Assembly (NCBI RefSeq): GCF_009914755.1 | Contig: NC_060929.1 | Source: the human T2T-CHM13v2.0 reference genome, Homo sapiens | Direction: 5' to 3' (one strand) | Length of the DNA stretch: 64,000 nucleotides | Shown here: piece by piece, positions 33,935 through 58,722 of the stretch | How the letters are laid out: each line of letters opens with the position of its first letter | Position numbering within the stretch: position 1 is the stretch's first letter | Position numbers and translations under genes: made by a program | The notes under the pieces: generated by a model | Databases searched by the model: none | What the model was told of the DNA's origin: nothing | What the model saw: the letters and a program-made list of their open reading frames with translations, nothing else

Positions 33935-34373
33935 CTGATAAACACGAGGGGGAAAAAAGCTCCTGTTAATAGAGTGATTATACACAGCTCAGACAAGCCC
34001 TTCTACTATCCCCCAAATCATTTTACTCTGGAGAAAGATTCTGTGTTTTTATCACATACAGAGTACAGTATTTCTTATTATAAGCAAGTGGAAAGTCTGC
34101 CATTGTAGGCTGTATACGGTACATGCAGTCAACTTAACCAGCATTTAAGCAAGACAATGCATCTTAGCACGTGTATAAAAGTCAGGTAGGTTAGTAGTTA
34201 AGATGATTAAATTTTTTTAGTCTGGAACTTAGGCTGATATAGCTGTATCACTACCTCCTGAACAACAGAACAAAGCTAATAGCACAATAGCCCTAATTTG
34301 TAGTTTGAGTTCTCAGAATCATACAAATAGCCATTTCATAATTTTTCAAAAGCAGCCCTTTAATTTAAAATAA

Positions 34374-34787
<414 letters not shown>

Positions 34788-34853
34788 TGAAAGGGACAAA
34801 TAGCTTGCTGCTATTATTCTGTCAAACAACATGCATACTAAATCAGGTTTTTA

Positions 34854-35381
<528 letters not shown>

Positions 35382-36474
35382 TAACTTTTGTATTTTTTGT
35401 AGAGACGGGGTTTGACCATGTTGCCCAGCCTGGTCCTGAACTCCTAAGCTCAAGCAATCTGCTCACCTCAGCTTCCCAAAGTGTTGGGATTACAAGTGTG
35501 AGCCACCACACATGGCCAATGTTTTTATATCCTGGCCTTCTCTATATTTCCTAGATAATGCTTCCATCATTGTTTCCTGAGTCTCCAAACATAAACATGT
35601 ATTTATGTAAAGTTTTTTACACAATGGAATTACTTACTGAATTGTCATTTTGGGCATAAAATAAGAGGGTGAAGTATACTTATTAAATTATAACTGAATC
35701 AAAATTCAGCAATCTTTTTTTTTTTTTTTTTTTTTTTTTTTGAGATGGAGTCTCCCTCTGTCGCCCAGGCAGGAGTGCAGTGCTGGATCTCGGCTCACTG
35801 CAAGCTCCACCTCCCGGGTTCATGCCATTTCCTGCCTCAGCCTCCCGAGTAGCTGGGACTACAGGTGCCCGCCACTATGTCTGGCTAATTTTTTTGTATT
35901 TTTAGTAGAGACAGGGTTTCACCATGTTAGCCAGGATGGTCTCGATCTCCTGATCTTGTGATCCACCCGCCTCAGCCTCCCAAAATGCTGGGATTGCAGG
36001 TGTGAGCCAAGGTTCCTGGCCAGCAATCTTTTTTAACAGAGCCAGATTCATGTAATTATATATATTTTTAGACCAAAATACTTGTGAGATACAATTAGAA
36101 AAACAAAAGTAAATGTCAAAATAAAATTTTATTTATGTATTTATTTTTTGTAGAGGTGAGACTTGCTATGTTGCCCAGGCTGGTCTCAAACTCCTGTCCT
36201 CAAGTGATCCTCCCACCTTAGCTTCCCAAAGTGCTAGGATTATAGGTGTGCGCCTAAACTAGAATGAAAATTTTCATAACCCGTATTTCATTCTTTAGGA
36301 CAGGGGTCTTCAAACATTTTTTTGCTTACATTCCTAATAAAATAATTTCTGGAAAACTCATACTTGCAATTCTAAGTTTTAATATTTGCAAAGGGCATAT
36401 TATATACATATTATAAAAAGTTCTACAATAATTTAATACCTATTATTCACATAAGAACATATGAACATTTTTAA

Positions 36475-37293
<819 letters not shown>

Positions 37294-37448
37294 CCCAAAA
37301 AACCCAGCATCTTGCTATGTTGCCTAGGCTGTTCTTAGACTTCTGGCCCCAAGTGATCCTCTTGTCTTGGCCTCCCAAAGTGCTGGGATTACAGGCATGA
37401 GCCACAGCATTTGGCTGATAGTATAAATTTTAATAACTATTACATTAA

Positions 37449-37634
<186 letters not shown>

Positions 37635-37954
37635 TAATTTTTGTATTTTTAGTAGAGACAGGGTTTTGCCATGTTGGCCAGGATGGTCTCGAACTCCTGA
37701 CCTCGAGTGATCCACCCACCTCGGCCTCCCATAGTGCTGGAATTACAGGCATGAACCACTGTGCCCAGTCCGGAAATGCATTTCTTAATGACAGATTTTT
37801 TTCTAGTTTATGTATCTATAAATAAATATTTCTTCATGGTAGAATGTGACCAGGTTTGGCATCAATTAAATTCCTATTTTTAAATTTTATTTTTTCAATA
37901 GAGATGGCTCCTTGGGAATTATTTCTTATTTTTAATTTCTTTTTTTTTTTTTGA

Positions 37955-38113
<159 letters not shown>

Positions 38114-39078
38114 TAGTAGAGACGGGGTTTCTCCATGTTGGTCATGTTAGTCTCAAACTCCCAACCTCAGGTGATCCACCCGCCTTGGCCTCCCAAAGTG
38201 CTGGGATTACAGGCATGAGCCACCGCGCCCGGCTTAGTTCTTATTTTATTTTTATTTTTATTTTCTGAGACGGAGTCTCGCTCTGTCACCCGGGCTAGAG
38301 TGCAGTGGCGCGATCTCGGCTCCCTTGCAAGCTCCGCCTTCCGGGTTCACGCCATTCTCCTGGCTCAGCCTCCCGAATAGCTGGGACTACAGGTGCCCAC
38401 CACCACGCCCGGCTGATTTTTTGTATCTTTTTAGTAGAGACAGGGTTTCACTGTGTTAGCCAGGAAGATCTCCATCTCCTGACCTCGTGATCTGCCTGCC
38501 TCGGCCTCCCAAAGTGCTGGGATTACAGGTGTAAGCCACCGTGCCCGGCTTAATTCTTAAGTGTTACATATTTAACCTAGAGAAACCCTAACCTAAATAG
38601 ATTGATTGGAATGGAAAGACTTTTGTTATTTCCATGTCACTCGATTCTCTGCATTCCATCTGTTATATGCCACAAGTCACATAATAATATTCCATTAAAA
38701 TATGCTTTTTAATTGACAATTCAATTAGGTCATCTTCAATTTTGTTGAGGGAAAAACCTTAAAAAAGAATTTACTCTCAGCTGGGTGCGGTGGCTCACGC
38801 CTGTAATCCCAGCACTTTGGGAGGCCGAGGCGGGCAGATCATGAGGTCAGGAGATCGAGACCATCCTGGCTAACATGGTGAAACCCAGTCTCTACTAAAA
38901 ATACAAAAAATTAGCCAGGTGTTGTTGCACGCACCTATACTCCCAGCTACTCCGGAGGCTGAGGCACAATCACATGAACCTGGGAAGCAGAGGTCGAAGT
39001 GAGCTGAGATCGCACCACTGCACTCCAGCCTGGGTGACAGAGCAAGACTCTGTCTCAAAAAAAAAATTTTTTACTCTA

Positions 39079-39225
<147 letters not shown>

Positions 39226-40169
39226 TTAGCCAGGCGTGGTGGTGTGCATCTGAAGTCTCAGCTACTGGGGAGGCTGAGGTGGGAGAATTACTTGAACCCA
39301 GGAGGTGGAGGTTGCAGTGAGCTGAGACTGCACTCCAGATTGGATGACACAGTGAGACTCTGTCTCAAAACAAACAAACAAAACTATTATGACCATTCAC
39401 TTTCTCAGCACAAACACCACTATTCTGCCATCTAGGTTTTTATACGTGAGGACAATACACTAAGGTATGTTAGAGATGGGTGAGAGGTATACCTTTCTTT
39501 TGTGAGATTAGAGAAGCGTTGTTAGAAAAGGGGAAGTAGAAAAGGAGACCAGTAGGCAAGTTCTCATCAGATTTGTTTTAGGAAGAATTGTATATGAATG
39601 TTGATAATCTAGAAATTGGTTATCTATTCCTGCATAACGCTTGAAGAACTTTCACGTCACAAATTGGAAGACTGTTGCCTTGAAAGTCTAAATATTTAAG
39701 ACACTATTATACAGCTAACAGCCCTTAGGAAGATGCTGCTTTTTTTTTTTTTTTTTTTTTTTTGAGACAGAGTCTCCCTCTGTTGCCCAGTCGGGAATGC
39801 AGTGGCACAATCTCAGCTCACCAAAACTTCCACCTCCCAGGTTCAAGTGATTCTCTTGCCTCAGCCTCCTGAGTAGCTGGGATTACAGGTACCTGCCACT
39901 ATGCCCGGCTAATTTTTGTATTTTTAGTAGGGATGGAATTTCACCATGTTGGCCAGGCGTCGGCCTCCCAAAGTGTTGGGATTATAGGTGTGAGCCACCC
40001 CGCCCAGCCAATTCTTCTTTTTATAAACATAAATCATAGCATATTATATATTCTGTTCTCTACCTTAATTAATATACCTGGTACTTCTTGGATAGCTTTC
40101 CATGTCAGCTCATATAATCTATCGGTTAATTCAATTGTCATTTCATTGACAGTTGAGGCAAAAAAGCAA

Positions 40170-40412
40170 AATGATTAAGACCATGAATCTGGGGGACAGG
40201 CTGCATGATTTAACACTTACTTTTTCTTCTTACTAGCTGTATGACAATGAGTAAGTTATTCAACATCTCCTTGCTTTAGTTTCTTCATATGTAAAATGAA
40301 GACAATAATACTACCTACCTTAATAGTGTAGATATCAGGTTTAAATAAGCTAATACTTATAAAGACCCTAGAATAGTACTTGGCACACAGTAAGCATCTA
40401 TTAAACATTAGT
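40170..40412 (+). mobile_element. MIR SINE
   Basis: Core TTACTAGCTGTATGAC..AGTAAGTTATT.AAC.TCTC..TTTAGTTTCTTCATATGTAAAATG and tail TGGCACACAGTAAGCA. Confidence 0.8.
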
Positions 40413-40518
40413 AACATTATAATTAAAATCTGGAGAACCACCATGAAACGTTTGGTCCTTTAATAAATTCTATATACACATTAAAAAAATATTCCTTTGG
40501 ATACCACATGTAAACCTA

Positions 40519-40731
<213 letters not shown>

Positions 40732-40852
40732 TCACCCTAAAAACTATAAAAAAATATAAAGGATAAAATTATGTTTACTCTTATGGTCCAATTCATAAAA
40801 ATCAACATTTTACCCTTGTGAGATTTAATACAACAAAGTATAATAAGTGTAA

Positions 40853-41528
<676 letters not shown>

Positions 41529-41798
41529 TATAATAAATGGTTAAAAGCATAGACCTTGAAGTTAAGATACAGTTGAATTCAAATCTTGGCTCCTCAATTC
41601 TGTTCCAGTTATGTGAGACTAGGGCATTCAGACTACTTTCCAGCTCAGAACTAGAAAAGACCGTCAAAACATTTTTAACAAGCTTCTTTAAGAATCGGAA
41701 AATCAGCCAGGTGTGGTGGCTCACACCTGTAATCCCAGCACTTTGGGAGGCTAAGGCAGGCGGATCACGAGGTCAGGAGATCGAGACCATCCTGGCTA

Positions 41799-42324
<526 letters not shown>

Positions 42325-42890
42325 TCAACAAGGGGGTCAAGCTGACCAGCTGAAATGGCTCAGGTCTGTAATCCCAGCATTTTGGGAGGCCACGGTGGAA
42401 AGATTGCTTGAGGCCAGGAATTTGAGACCAGCCAGGCAGGACAACACAGCAAGACTCAATCTCTACAACAAATTTTGAAAAATTAGCCAGGGCCAGGCCT
42501 GGTGGTTCACGCTTGTAATCCCAGCACTTTGGGAGGCCAAGGGAGGCAGATAACTTGAGCTCAGAAGTTTGAGACTAGCCTGGGCAACATGGTGAAACCC
42601 TGTCTCTAAAAAAAACTACAAAAATTAGCCGCGTGTGGTGGCAAACAGCTGTAGTCCCAGCTACTTGGGAAGCTGAGATAGGAGGTGCAATTGAGCCCAG
42701 GAGTTTGAGGCTACAGTAAGCTATGATTGCACCACTGCACTTCAACTTGGGTGACAGAGGGAGATTCTCTTTTTTTTTTTTTTTAAAGATGAAGTCTCAC
42801 TCTGTTGCCCAGGCCAAGAGTGCAGTGGCACGATCTCGGCTCACCACAAGCCTCCCAGGTTCAAGCAATTCTCCTGCCTCAGCCTCCTGA

Positions 42891-43076
<186 letters not shown>

Positions 43077-43799
43077 TAAAAAAAACCAAAAAAGATGGCC
43101 AGGTGCGGTGGCTCATTCCCATAATCCCAGCACTTTGTGGGGCTGAGGTGGGCGGATTGCTTGAGGTCAGAAATTCGAGACCAGCGTGGCCAACATGGTG
43201 AAACCCGTCTCTACTAAAACAAAAATTGCCAGGCTTGGTGGCACACACCTGTAATCTCAGCTACTCAGGAAGCTGAGGCAGGAGAATTGTTTGAACTTAA
43301 GGAGGCAGAGGTTGCGGTGAGCTGAGATCATGCCACTGCACTCTGGCCTGGGCGACAGAGTAAGACTCCGTCTCAAAAAAAAAAAAAAAAAAAAGAATAA
43401 TCAAAACAAGATATGGAAGAAGATAGAAATCTAGAATTAAGTCAACTTTTGTGCTGGGTGTGTCTGTCCATCGCAACAGGGTAAGCATCACATATTACAA
43501 GCTAGGGAGATAAACTCTGTGTCAGAGTTAAGACGAAGGGCTATACCCTACAAATAAACCCAAGTTCTTAGAAACTTCAGCCAACTTCTAGTTACCTAGA
43601 AGACTGAGAAAAATCCAGTCCCTGAAATTGGACTGAGATACAGCCAAGGAAGAAAAAGAAGTAAAAGAATTGAAAAGGAAGAAATAAACCTGTCATTTCT
43701 TATCGATAAAGTGTTAGGTACACTGTAAATCCTAATGAATCTACAGATAAAATATTTTGAAATAATTAGAATTAAGTGAGTTTAGCAAGGTTTTAAATT

Positions 43800-44336
43800 T
43801 GGGTCAGCAATTTTTTTTTTTTTTTTGGAGATGAAGTCTTGCTCTGTCGCCCAGGCTAGAGTGTAGTGGCACGATCTTGGCTTACTGCAGCCTCTGCCCC
43901 CCAGGTTCAAGCAATTTTCCTGCCTCAGCTTCGGGAGTAGCTGGGACTACAGGCACACACCACCACGCACGGCTAATTTTTTTTATTTTAGTAGAGACGG
44001 GGTTTCACCGTATTATCCTGGCTGGTCTCGAACTCCTAGGCTCAGGCAATCCACTTGCCTCAGCCTCACAAAGTGCTAGGATTACAGGTGTGAGCCACCG
44101 TGCCCAGTACAGGTCAGCAAATTTTTCTGTAAAGGGTCAGGTAGTAAATATTATAGGCTTTGTGGAACAAGAGGCAAAACTGTGGATGTTATATAGGTAC
44201 TCATATAACATGAGAGAAAACAAATTTCCATATTTTGTGGATGAAATGAAGGCTCATATATAAACAACATTCTTAGCTTATGAGCCTCCAAAAACAGGTA
44301 GCAGGCAGGATTCAGTGACCATGGTTTGTGGAACCT
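43800..44336 (+). mobile_element. MER58-family hAT MITE with an Alu inserted in its left end
   Basis: GGTCAGCAAATTTTTCTGTAAAGGGTCAGGTAGTAAATATT..CATTCTTAGCT..AAAAACAGG. Confidence 0.7.
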
Positions 44337-44515
44337 TATATTAGCTATAGAGACACCATATAAAGACGAATTGAGTTTCTATATAACAAAAAACAGTTTT
44401 CGTATTTTGTTTGTAGAGATGAGGTCTCCTTATGTTGCCCAGGCTAGTTTCAAATTCCTGAGCTCAAGTGATCCTCGCACCTTGGCCTCCCAAAGTGCTG
44501 CGATTACAGGCATGA

Positions 44516-44865
<350 letters not shown>

Positions 44866-45166
44866 TAATTTAAAAATATTTTTTTTTTCTTTTTTAGAGA
44901 AGAGGTCTCACTAAGTTGCCCCGGCTGGTCTTGAACTCCTGGGCTCAAGCAATCCTCCTGCTTTGGCCTCCCAGATTACAGACATGAGCCACTGCATAAG
45001 TGAACATTTTAAAAAGATAATATTTATAATAATCCTAAAAACTACCAAATACCTAGAAAACAGAGAAAAGAAGTGTGAGACTTTTATGCAAAAACAAACC
45101 TTAGGCCAGGCATGGTGGCTCACACCTGTAATCCCAACACTTTGGGAGGCCAAGGCAGGTGGATCA

Positions 45167-45424
<258 letters not shown>

Positions 45425-45671
45425 TTAAATACCAATAAAAGTAGCTAAACAAATAGAGAGATATACCATGTTCATAGACTGGAAGGTTCAGTATTATAAA
45501 ATGTCAGTTCTCCCCAAATTCCTGTATAGATTCAAAGCAATTCCAATAAAAATCCCAAAAGTTTTTTTGGGTGCAGAACTTAACAAGCTCATTCTAAAAT
45601 ATGTACACAGCCAGGCTTGATGGCTCTCTCTTGTAATCCCAGCGCTCTGGGAGGCCAAGGTAGGCAGATCA

Positions 45672-46312
<641 letters not shown>

Positions 46313-46315
46313 TTA

Positions 46316-46543
<228 letters not shown>

Positions 46544-46703
46544 TCACGCCTGTAATCCCAGCACTTTGGGAGGCCGAGGTGGGCGGATTACAAGGTCAGG
46601 AGATGGAGACCATCCTGGCTAACACGGTGAAACCCCGTCTCTATTAAAAATACAAAAAAATTAGCCGGGCGCAGTGGCGGGTGCCTGTAGTCCCAGCTAC
46701 TCA

Positions 46704-47054
<351 letters not shown>

Positions 47055-47849
47055 TTAACAATAAACATATGAAAAAGTATTCATTAGTAATCAAAGAAAA
47101 GCAAATTAAAACCCCAACAAAACACCACTACACAACTCCCAGAAAGACTAAAAATAAAAACTAGTAATAGCAAATGTTAGCAAAGATATGTAGCAAAAGA
47201 GGCCAGGCGTGGTGGCTCACACCTGTAATCCTGGCACTTTGGAAGGCTGAGGCGGGCAGATCACGAGGTCAGGAGTTCGAGACCAGCCTGGACAACATAG
47301 TGAAACCTCGTCTCTACTAAAAATACAAAAATTAGCTGGGCATGGTGGTGCGCGCCTGTAGTCCCACCTACTTGGGAGGCTGAGGCAGGAGAATCGCTTG
47401 AACCCAGGTGGCGGATGCTGTGGCCAGCCAAGATTGCGCCACTGCATTCCAGCCTGGGCAACAAAGCAAGACTCCATCTCAAACAATATATATATATGTA
47501 GGAAAAGAAACATCCATCCACTATTGATAAGAATACAAATTGGTACAACTATTTTGGGAAAAAAAAAAGCCTCAAAAACAACCATTTACTATAGTTGAAA
47601 AGATATGCTTACTCTATGGCCCAGCAATTCTACTTGTATGCAATAGAAATCTATGCACAAGTATACCAAAAAATATTTACAATATTGCTTTTCCTTTATG
47701 TATTATAGCTTTTAAAAATTTTCAGTCACAACCTTACAGAAAAGTTCTAACTCTGTTTCAAATAATTATTTTTCCTGAATCATTTGTAAGCTGCCCACTT
47801 GATTCCTCATCAACCCAGAATATTTTCCTGCATATTTTCTGTAAACTAG

Positions 47850-48335
<486 letters not shown>

Positions 48336-48834
48336 TAGGGAAGAGTTCCTCAGTCACGTCTTGCTTTTCATGATCTTGACACTTTTAGAAGATTGCAAGC
48401 CAGGTATCTTCACAGTGTGCTTCAATTTGAGTTGGAAAATTTGCTTCCAAGCCCACTCATGTGGCTATTTGCAGAAGGCTTTAGTTCCTTGCCATGTTGG
48501 CCTTTCCACAGTGCTTACAACACAGCTTCGCCCAGAGTGAATGACCAAGACCATCAGTTTTGCTGTATTCTACTGATCACACAGACCAACCATGGTATAA
48601 TGCGTGATTACACAAGGGTGTACCAGGAGACAGAGATCATCATAGTCCATCTTAGAGGCTGGCTATCACATCTGATATCTCTGAGTATCTTTGGCAGGAA
48701 TAAAACAGAAGTGATGCTGTGTACTTCTCATTGTATCCTATCAGGTTAACATAAGATTTCAATTTGTTTTATTACTGATGATGTTCACTTTGATCCCTTG
48801 ATTAAGGAGTGCCTACCAGACTTCGCCACTGTGA

Positions 48835-49074
<240 letters not shown>

Positions 49075-49166
49075 TGATCTGGCTGACTTGGCCTCCCAAA
49101 GTGCTGGGATTACAGGCAGAAGCCACCGCGTTTGGCCTGTAAAGTTACTTTTCATCCTTTTGTAAT

Positions 49167-49614
49167 TGTGGCAGTTTTAAAATATGTTCACAAATTTTGT
49201 GGAATTGTAATTCCCCTCTCCTTGGGTGTGGCTTGGACTTCACAACTTGCTTCCAACTAACAGAATGAAGCAAGGTGAGGGAGTGTGACTTTGAAGACTA
49301 GGTCAAGTAGCTGCCATGTCATGAAGTTACTCAAGCAGCCTCCACAATGACCCATGTGGCAAGGAACCTTACCCTGCTGTCAATAGCCATGTAAGTGAAC
49401 CATCTTGGAAGCAGATTCCCAGTTCTGGTCAAGCCTTCAGATAACTGCTGCCCCTGCCAACATCCTGATCACAACCACATGGGAGAGACTGAGTCAGAAC
49501 CACTCGCCTAGGTCACTCCTCAATTCCTGACCCAGGGAAACTGTGAATTGATATTTATTGTTATAAGCCACTAAATTTTAGGAGTAATCTGTTACACAGC
49601 AATTGATAACTAAT
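49167..49614 (+). mobile_element. MLT1-family LTR
   Basis: TGTGGCAG..CCAGTTCTGGTCAAGCCTTCAGAT..TAAGCCACTAAATTTT..GTTACACAGCAAT.GATAACTAATA. Confidence 0.75.
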
Positions 49615-50097
49615 AATTATTTTGTGGGCTAATACTTGAAAATCCATAAATATCCTACTCCTCATTAAATATTTAGTTCCTTTATTCATGAGTGTGGATT
49701 AATGTTTTTCCATTTTATTCAATGGGTTATAATCCATCACCATCTTTTAGTCTGAGGCTCAAATTGTCACAGTTTTGGTCAGTGGGAGCTCCTTCAAGCT
49801 GGATTATGTGTTCTTTTGACATGGCTCCTTTATTATTTGGGTATTTCCTTGATTTCTGGTACAACAACAAAAAAATATAGGCTCAGTTTGTATTTTCCCT
49901 GCTCCAGCCTGAAACCAGCCATTTCTCCAAGGTGATCTGATAATGTTTGGAGCCAACATGGGGGCACACACGTGCTTGCTGTTACTGGGACATTGCGCTC
50001 CAGTTAGTGTCAGTGGACAGAGCTAGGGAACACACACACCTACTCACCTGTCAAATATACATACTTACATCTATATTTAATATTTTGAAAACCATGA

Positions 50098-50589
<492 letters not shown>

Positions 50590-50770
50590 TAACCAATTGC
50601 CCATTGTTGCCACTGCTGCCTCCTCCCCCATATCCTCTTAACTTCACTTGGAATCTGCCCTGCACCCCCACCCACGACTCCCATTGCCAGGCAGGCCCCC
50701 CCCAGACACATTTCTCTTTATACACAGGCTCTGGTACCCTATACCAAATTATACCTACTCACATACCCTG

Positions 50771-50870
50771 TGTGGATATTCTCTCCATGAGGAAACAACT
50801 TTTGTTAAACTGCCTCGTGTGGATATTCTCTCCATGAGGAGACAACTTTTGTTAAACTGCCTCGTGTGGA
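50771..50870 (+). repeat. 47-bp tandem duplication (2 copies plus 6 bp)
   Basis: TGTGGATATTCTCTCCATGAGGARACAACTTTTGTTAAACTGCCTCG at 50771 and 50818, one mismatch. Confidence 0.95.
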
Positions 50871-52141
50871 CACCTTTGACCCAGCTTGGGATCTGACACC
50901 CTGCATTGGACTTCCCCACTACTGGATGACCTCTGCAACCTGCTGACATCACAAGCCAGTTCAAGCTCCTCTGTAGGTGCTCTCCTGACCCCACATTCAG
51001 CTCTAATATTTCAAAGCCAAGTTGACCCTCTGCATAGACACCTAGTGTGCTCTATTCTACCCAATACCTTTAGGATTGCATTGTTCAGGAAGGGAAGAGG
51101 AAGAACTATAAAAATGTCCATAGCATGATTTTTTTTTTTCATTTTTGAGACAGTGTCTGACTCTGCTGCCCAGACTGGAGTGTGATGATGTGATCATGGC
51201 TCACTGCAACCTGAATCTCCTGAGCTCAAGCCATCCTTCCACCTCAGCCTCTCAAGCAGCTGGGACCACAGGTGCGCACCACCACACATGGCTAATATTT
51301 TTAGTTTTTGTAAAGATAGGGTCTCACTATGTTTCCTAGGCTGGTTTCAAACTCCTGGCCTCAAGCAATCTTCCCACCTCAGCATCCCAAAGTGCTGGGA
51401 TTGTAGGCATGAGCCACTGTGCTTGGCAGCATGATTTGCAGTATTCTCAAAATTGGAAATAATATGAAAGTAGAACAGAAGTTTGTGGTACAGAATACAG
51501 AGGAATACTTCATGGTAATAACAAAGAATAAATTACAGCTTCATTTAACATAAGATATAAGATAGACTCAAAACAATCCAAATTGAACGATTGAACGATT
51601 CTATACAAAGTTTAAAGAGACAGCCAGGTGTGGTAGCTCACTCCTGTAATCCCAACACTTTAGGAGGCCAGGTGGGTGGATCACTTGAAGCCAGGAGTTC
51701 GAGACTAGCCTGGCCAACATGGCAAAACTCTGTCTCTACTAAAAATACAAAAAATTAGCTGGGTGTTGTGGCACATGCCTGTAGTCCCAACTGCGTGGGA
51801 GGCTGAGGCCTATGAATTGCTTGAAACCAGGAGGCGGAGGGTGCAGTGAGCCGAGATCGCACCACAGCACTCCAGTCTGGGCAACAAAGTGAGAATCTGT
51901 CTCAAAAAAAAAAAAAAAAAAGACAAAATTAAACTCTAGTGCACAGATAGTAAACAAACCAAGGCCAGGTGTGTTGGTTCACACCTGCAATCCCAGCACT
52001 TCTTTAATGTTTTAAAGAAATCTTTACTCTTTTACTACATAGCTATATGATCTTCAGCAAGCTGATTTTTTTTTTTTTTTAATTACAATAGAGAAAAGGT
52101 CTCACTATGTTGCCCAATCAGGTCTCAAACTCCTGGGCTGA

Positions 52142-52321
<180 letters not shown>

Positions 52322-53229
52322 TAATTTTTGTATTTTTAGTAGAGACAGGGTTTCGTCATGTTAACCAGGCTAGTCTTGAACTCCTGACCTCAGGTGATCC
52401 TTGGCCTCGGCCCACCTTGGCCTCCCAAAGTGCTGGGATTACAGGCGTGAGCCACCACGTCCAGCCTGCGCTGCATTTTTATGGGCAAGAATCTTCTGCA
52501 ATACTGTAAGTTTCCTATGACTTAAAGATTTGAGAAACAGTGCAAAGACAATGAAAGAAGCAGGCCCTCATAGAGTCACATAGCCAGGAAGGTTGGACTA
52601 GACAGAGCACTCAGTAATCGTCTTTTCTTTCTGTCCATTTCAAAGCCTTTCACGATTTTCCCTAAAAATGAAAATATGTGAGGGTGTTGGCGGTGGGGGT
52701 CCATAGTCTTCTTTTCCAAGCTTATAGGTTGTTTTCTCCATATTGAGAAACTGGTAGCTTGGGACCCTAGTCATTAAAAATATCCACCAGACATTCTGGA
52801 GTTTGTTTTTTATTGTTATAAATACGACATTCACAAATATCATCTAAAGCTCAGGTATGAGGCTGGACGCAGTGGCTCACGCCTATAATCCTGGCACTTT
52901 GAGAGGCCAAGGCAGGATCACCCGAGCTCAGGAGTTTGAGACCAGCCTGGGCAACACTGTCTCTAAAAAAAAAAAACAGAGAGAGAAAACAAATGAAGCC
53001 CAGGTATGATTAACATATTTTATATGTATGTTTTAAACACTCACAACTCACAAATCACCCCTAAAAATACTAATTTTCCATAAAGATTGCTGAGTTAGAC
53101 AAACAAAATTTCGAAACAAACAAGATTACCATTTCTTTCTACCCAAATGAATTATCTATTCAAACAATATTTCATTTCTATTTGCTAAGGTAAGGCTGAG
53201 GGATGTATTGTAACGGTACAGGCTTTTTA

Positions 53230-54115
<886 letters not shown>

Positions 54116-54383
54116 TCACTTGAGCCTGGGAGGCAGAGGCTGCAAGGAACCGAGATCACGCCACTGTACTCCAGCCTGGGCCACAGAGCAAGACTCTGTC
54201 TCAAAAAAATATAAATAAAAAAATAAAATAAAATTGCTGAATGTAGTGGGTTGCAGCTGTAGTCTCAGTTACTCAGGAGGCTGTGGTGGGAGAATCATTT
54301 GAGCCAGGAGTTCAAGGCTGCAACGAGATATGATCATACAACTACACGCTAGCCTGTCTGACAAAGCAAAAGCCTGTCTTTAA

Positions 54384-54835
<452 letters not shown>

Positions 54836-55469
54836 TAGTAGAGATGGGGTTTCACTGTGTTAGCCAGGATAGTCTTGATCTTTTGACCTCGTGATCCGCC
54901 CGCCTCGGCCTCCCAAAGTGCTGGATTACAGGCGTGAGCCACCGCGCACGGCCTAATTTTTGTATTTTTAGTAGAGACAGGGTTTCACCGTGTTAGCCAG
55001 GATGGTCTCGATCTCCTGACCTTGTGATCCGCCCACCTCAGCCTCCCAAAGTGCTGGGATTACAGGCGTGAGCTACTGCGCCCAGCCTTTTGAAACTAAA
55101 ATTTTTAAAAAACACTATTACAATACTTAGGGACAAATCTGACAAAAGATGTGCAAGACCTCTGAAAACTACAAAACACTGCTAAGAGAAATTAAAGATG
55201 ACCTAAATAAATGGCGAGATATACATAAGCACGGATCAGAAAACTCAATACTGTTAGGATGTCAATTCTCCATAGGTTGATCTGTACACTCAATGCAATC
55301 CCAGCTGAAATCGCAGCAGCTTTTGGTAAGCTAATTTAAAATTTATCTGGAAATACAATCTAAAATAGTCAAAATAACTCTGAAAAAGAGCAAAATCAGA
55401 GGACTAACACGTGGATTCAAGACTTATTATGAAGCTACAGTAATCATGACACTACCATAGACTTTATAA

Positions 55470-56327
<858 letters not shown>

Positions 56328-56449
56328 TAGCCTCCCGAGTAGTTGGGACTACAGGCGCATGCCACCACATCCAGCTAATTTTTGTAATTTTTGTAGAGAT
56401 GGGGTTTCAACATGTTGGCCAGGATGGTCTCGATCTCTTGACCTTGTGA

Positions 56450-56975
<526 letters not shown>

Positions 56976-57372
56976 GAAGAAGGAGTAGTGGAATCTCATA
57001 TAAGGTTTAATAGAAGAAATGACCCCAAATAATGCCTAGACTCCATAATTTACTTAATATAGGTAGATGTAAGTACAGTTTACAAGGTAAAAATAATTAA
57101 ATCAATTATTTCATTCCAATTGATTTAGTAGACTGACTAGTTAAGTCTCCGAAAGATCTACTGAATGAGGAGTTCGTATTTAGACTTTTTTCCCCGTCTT
57201 CTTCTATTAGTCCAAAGACCTTTTTTTTTTTTTTTTTTTAAAGAACGATAAAGCCAGGTGCGGTGGCTCACACCTGTAATCCCAGCACTTTGGGAGGCTG
57301 AAGTGGGCAGATTACCTGAGGTCAGAAGTTCGAGACCAGCCTGACCAACATGGAGAAACCCCGTCTCTACTA

Positions 57373-57528
<156 letters not shown>

Positions 57529-58377
57529 TCAAAAAAAAAAAATTGATGATAGTGCTTTCTCATTTCTCATTACTAACTTAAAAACTATTTTAAATTTGTT
57601 GTTATGTAAGTAATATATGCTCCTTGTAAATAAAATTAAACCTTTTTGATGAATATAAAATGAAAAGTAAAGGCTCCTCTCCTGCTTTCCCCCCAAATTC
57701 TCTTGGACTTCGCAAGCCTCTAAAGGCCCTCCTTTGCTGAATCCCTTGGAGACTTACACTCTGTATACCACAACACTTTTTATAATATGCCACATGTTTG
57801 CTTCCCAACAAGACCAGAAGCTCCTTAAAGGTAAGATTTGTCTTTTACAAATCATGTAACTCATGTACCAAATACAGACATATTGTAGATATAAAAATTT
57901 GTTTAACTTTTGATACTTCTGAAACAAGAAATAGCAGTATTATTCAGATGCTAAGTCTTATTTTCACTTCATATTTAAAGTGGACATTGGTTTTGCCAAT
58001 CCTGCATTCATTTAACTCCTCTGACCTATCCACCCTGGTTATCATTGGCTTATGGTCATCCATTCAATTGTACTGAAAGGAGAATAAGATCTCTAAATCA
58101 ATCAGAGCTTCACAATCCCACAGGCATGGTTTAGCACTGGGCATGTAATCCAATCTAGACCAAAGAACTGCAATCAACTTGAAGCTGAGAGAATAGATAG
58201 GACCCTGGATACTGCAGCCATCTTGGGAGCAAAGAATAGAGCCTATCCAAATATGGAGCCAACAACGAAAGAGCAAGCATGAGAGACAGACAGGGAGAAA
58301 TGGGATCCTGGTGACATCATTTAGCACTCCCTTTAAGTATCACCATCCCATTTTTGATCTCAGAATTGTCTGACTTA

Positions 58378-58722
<345 letters not shown>

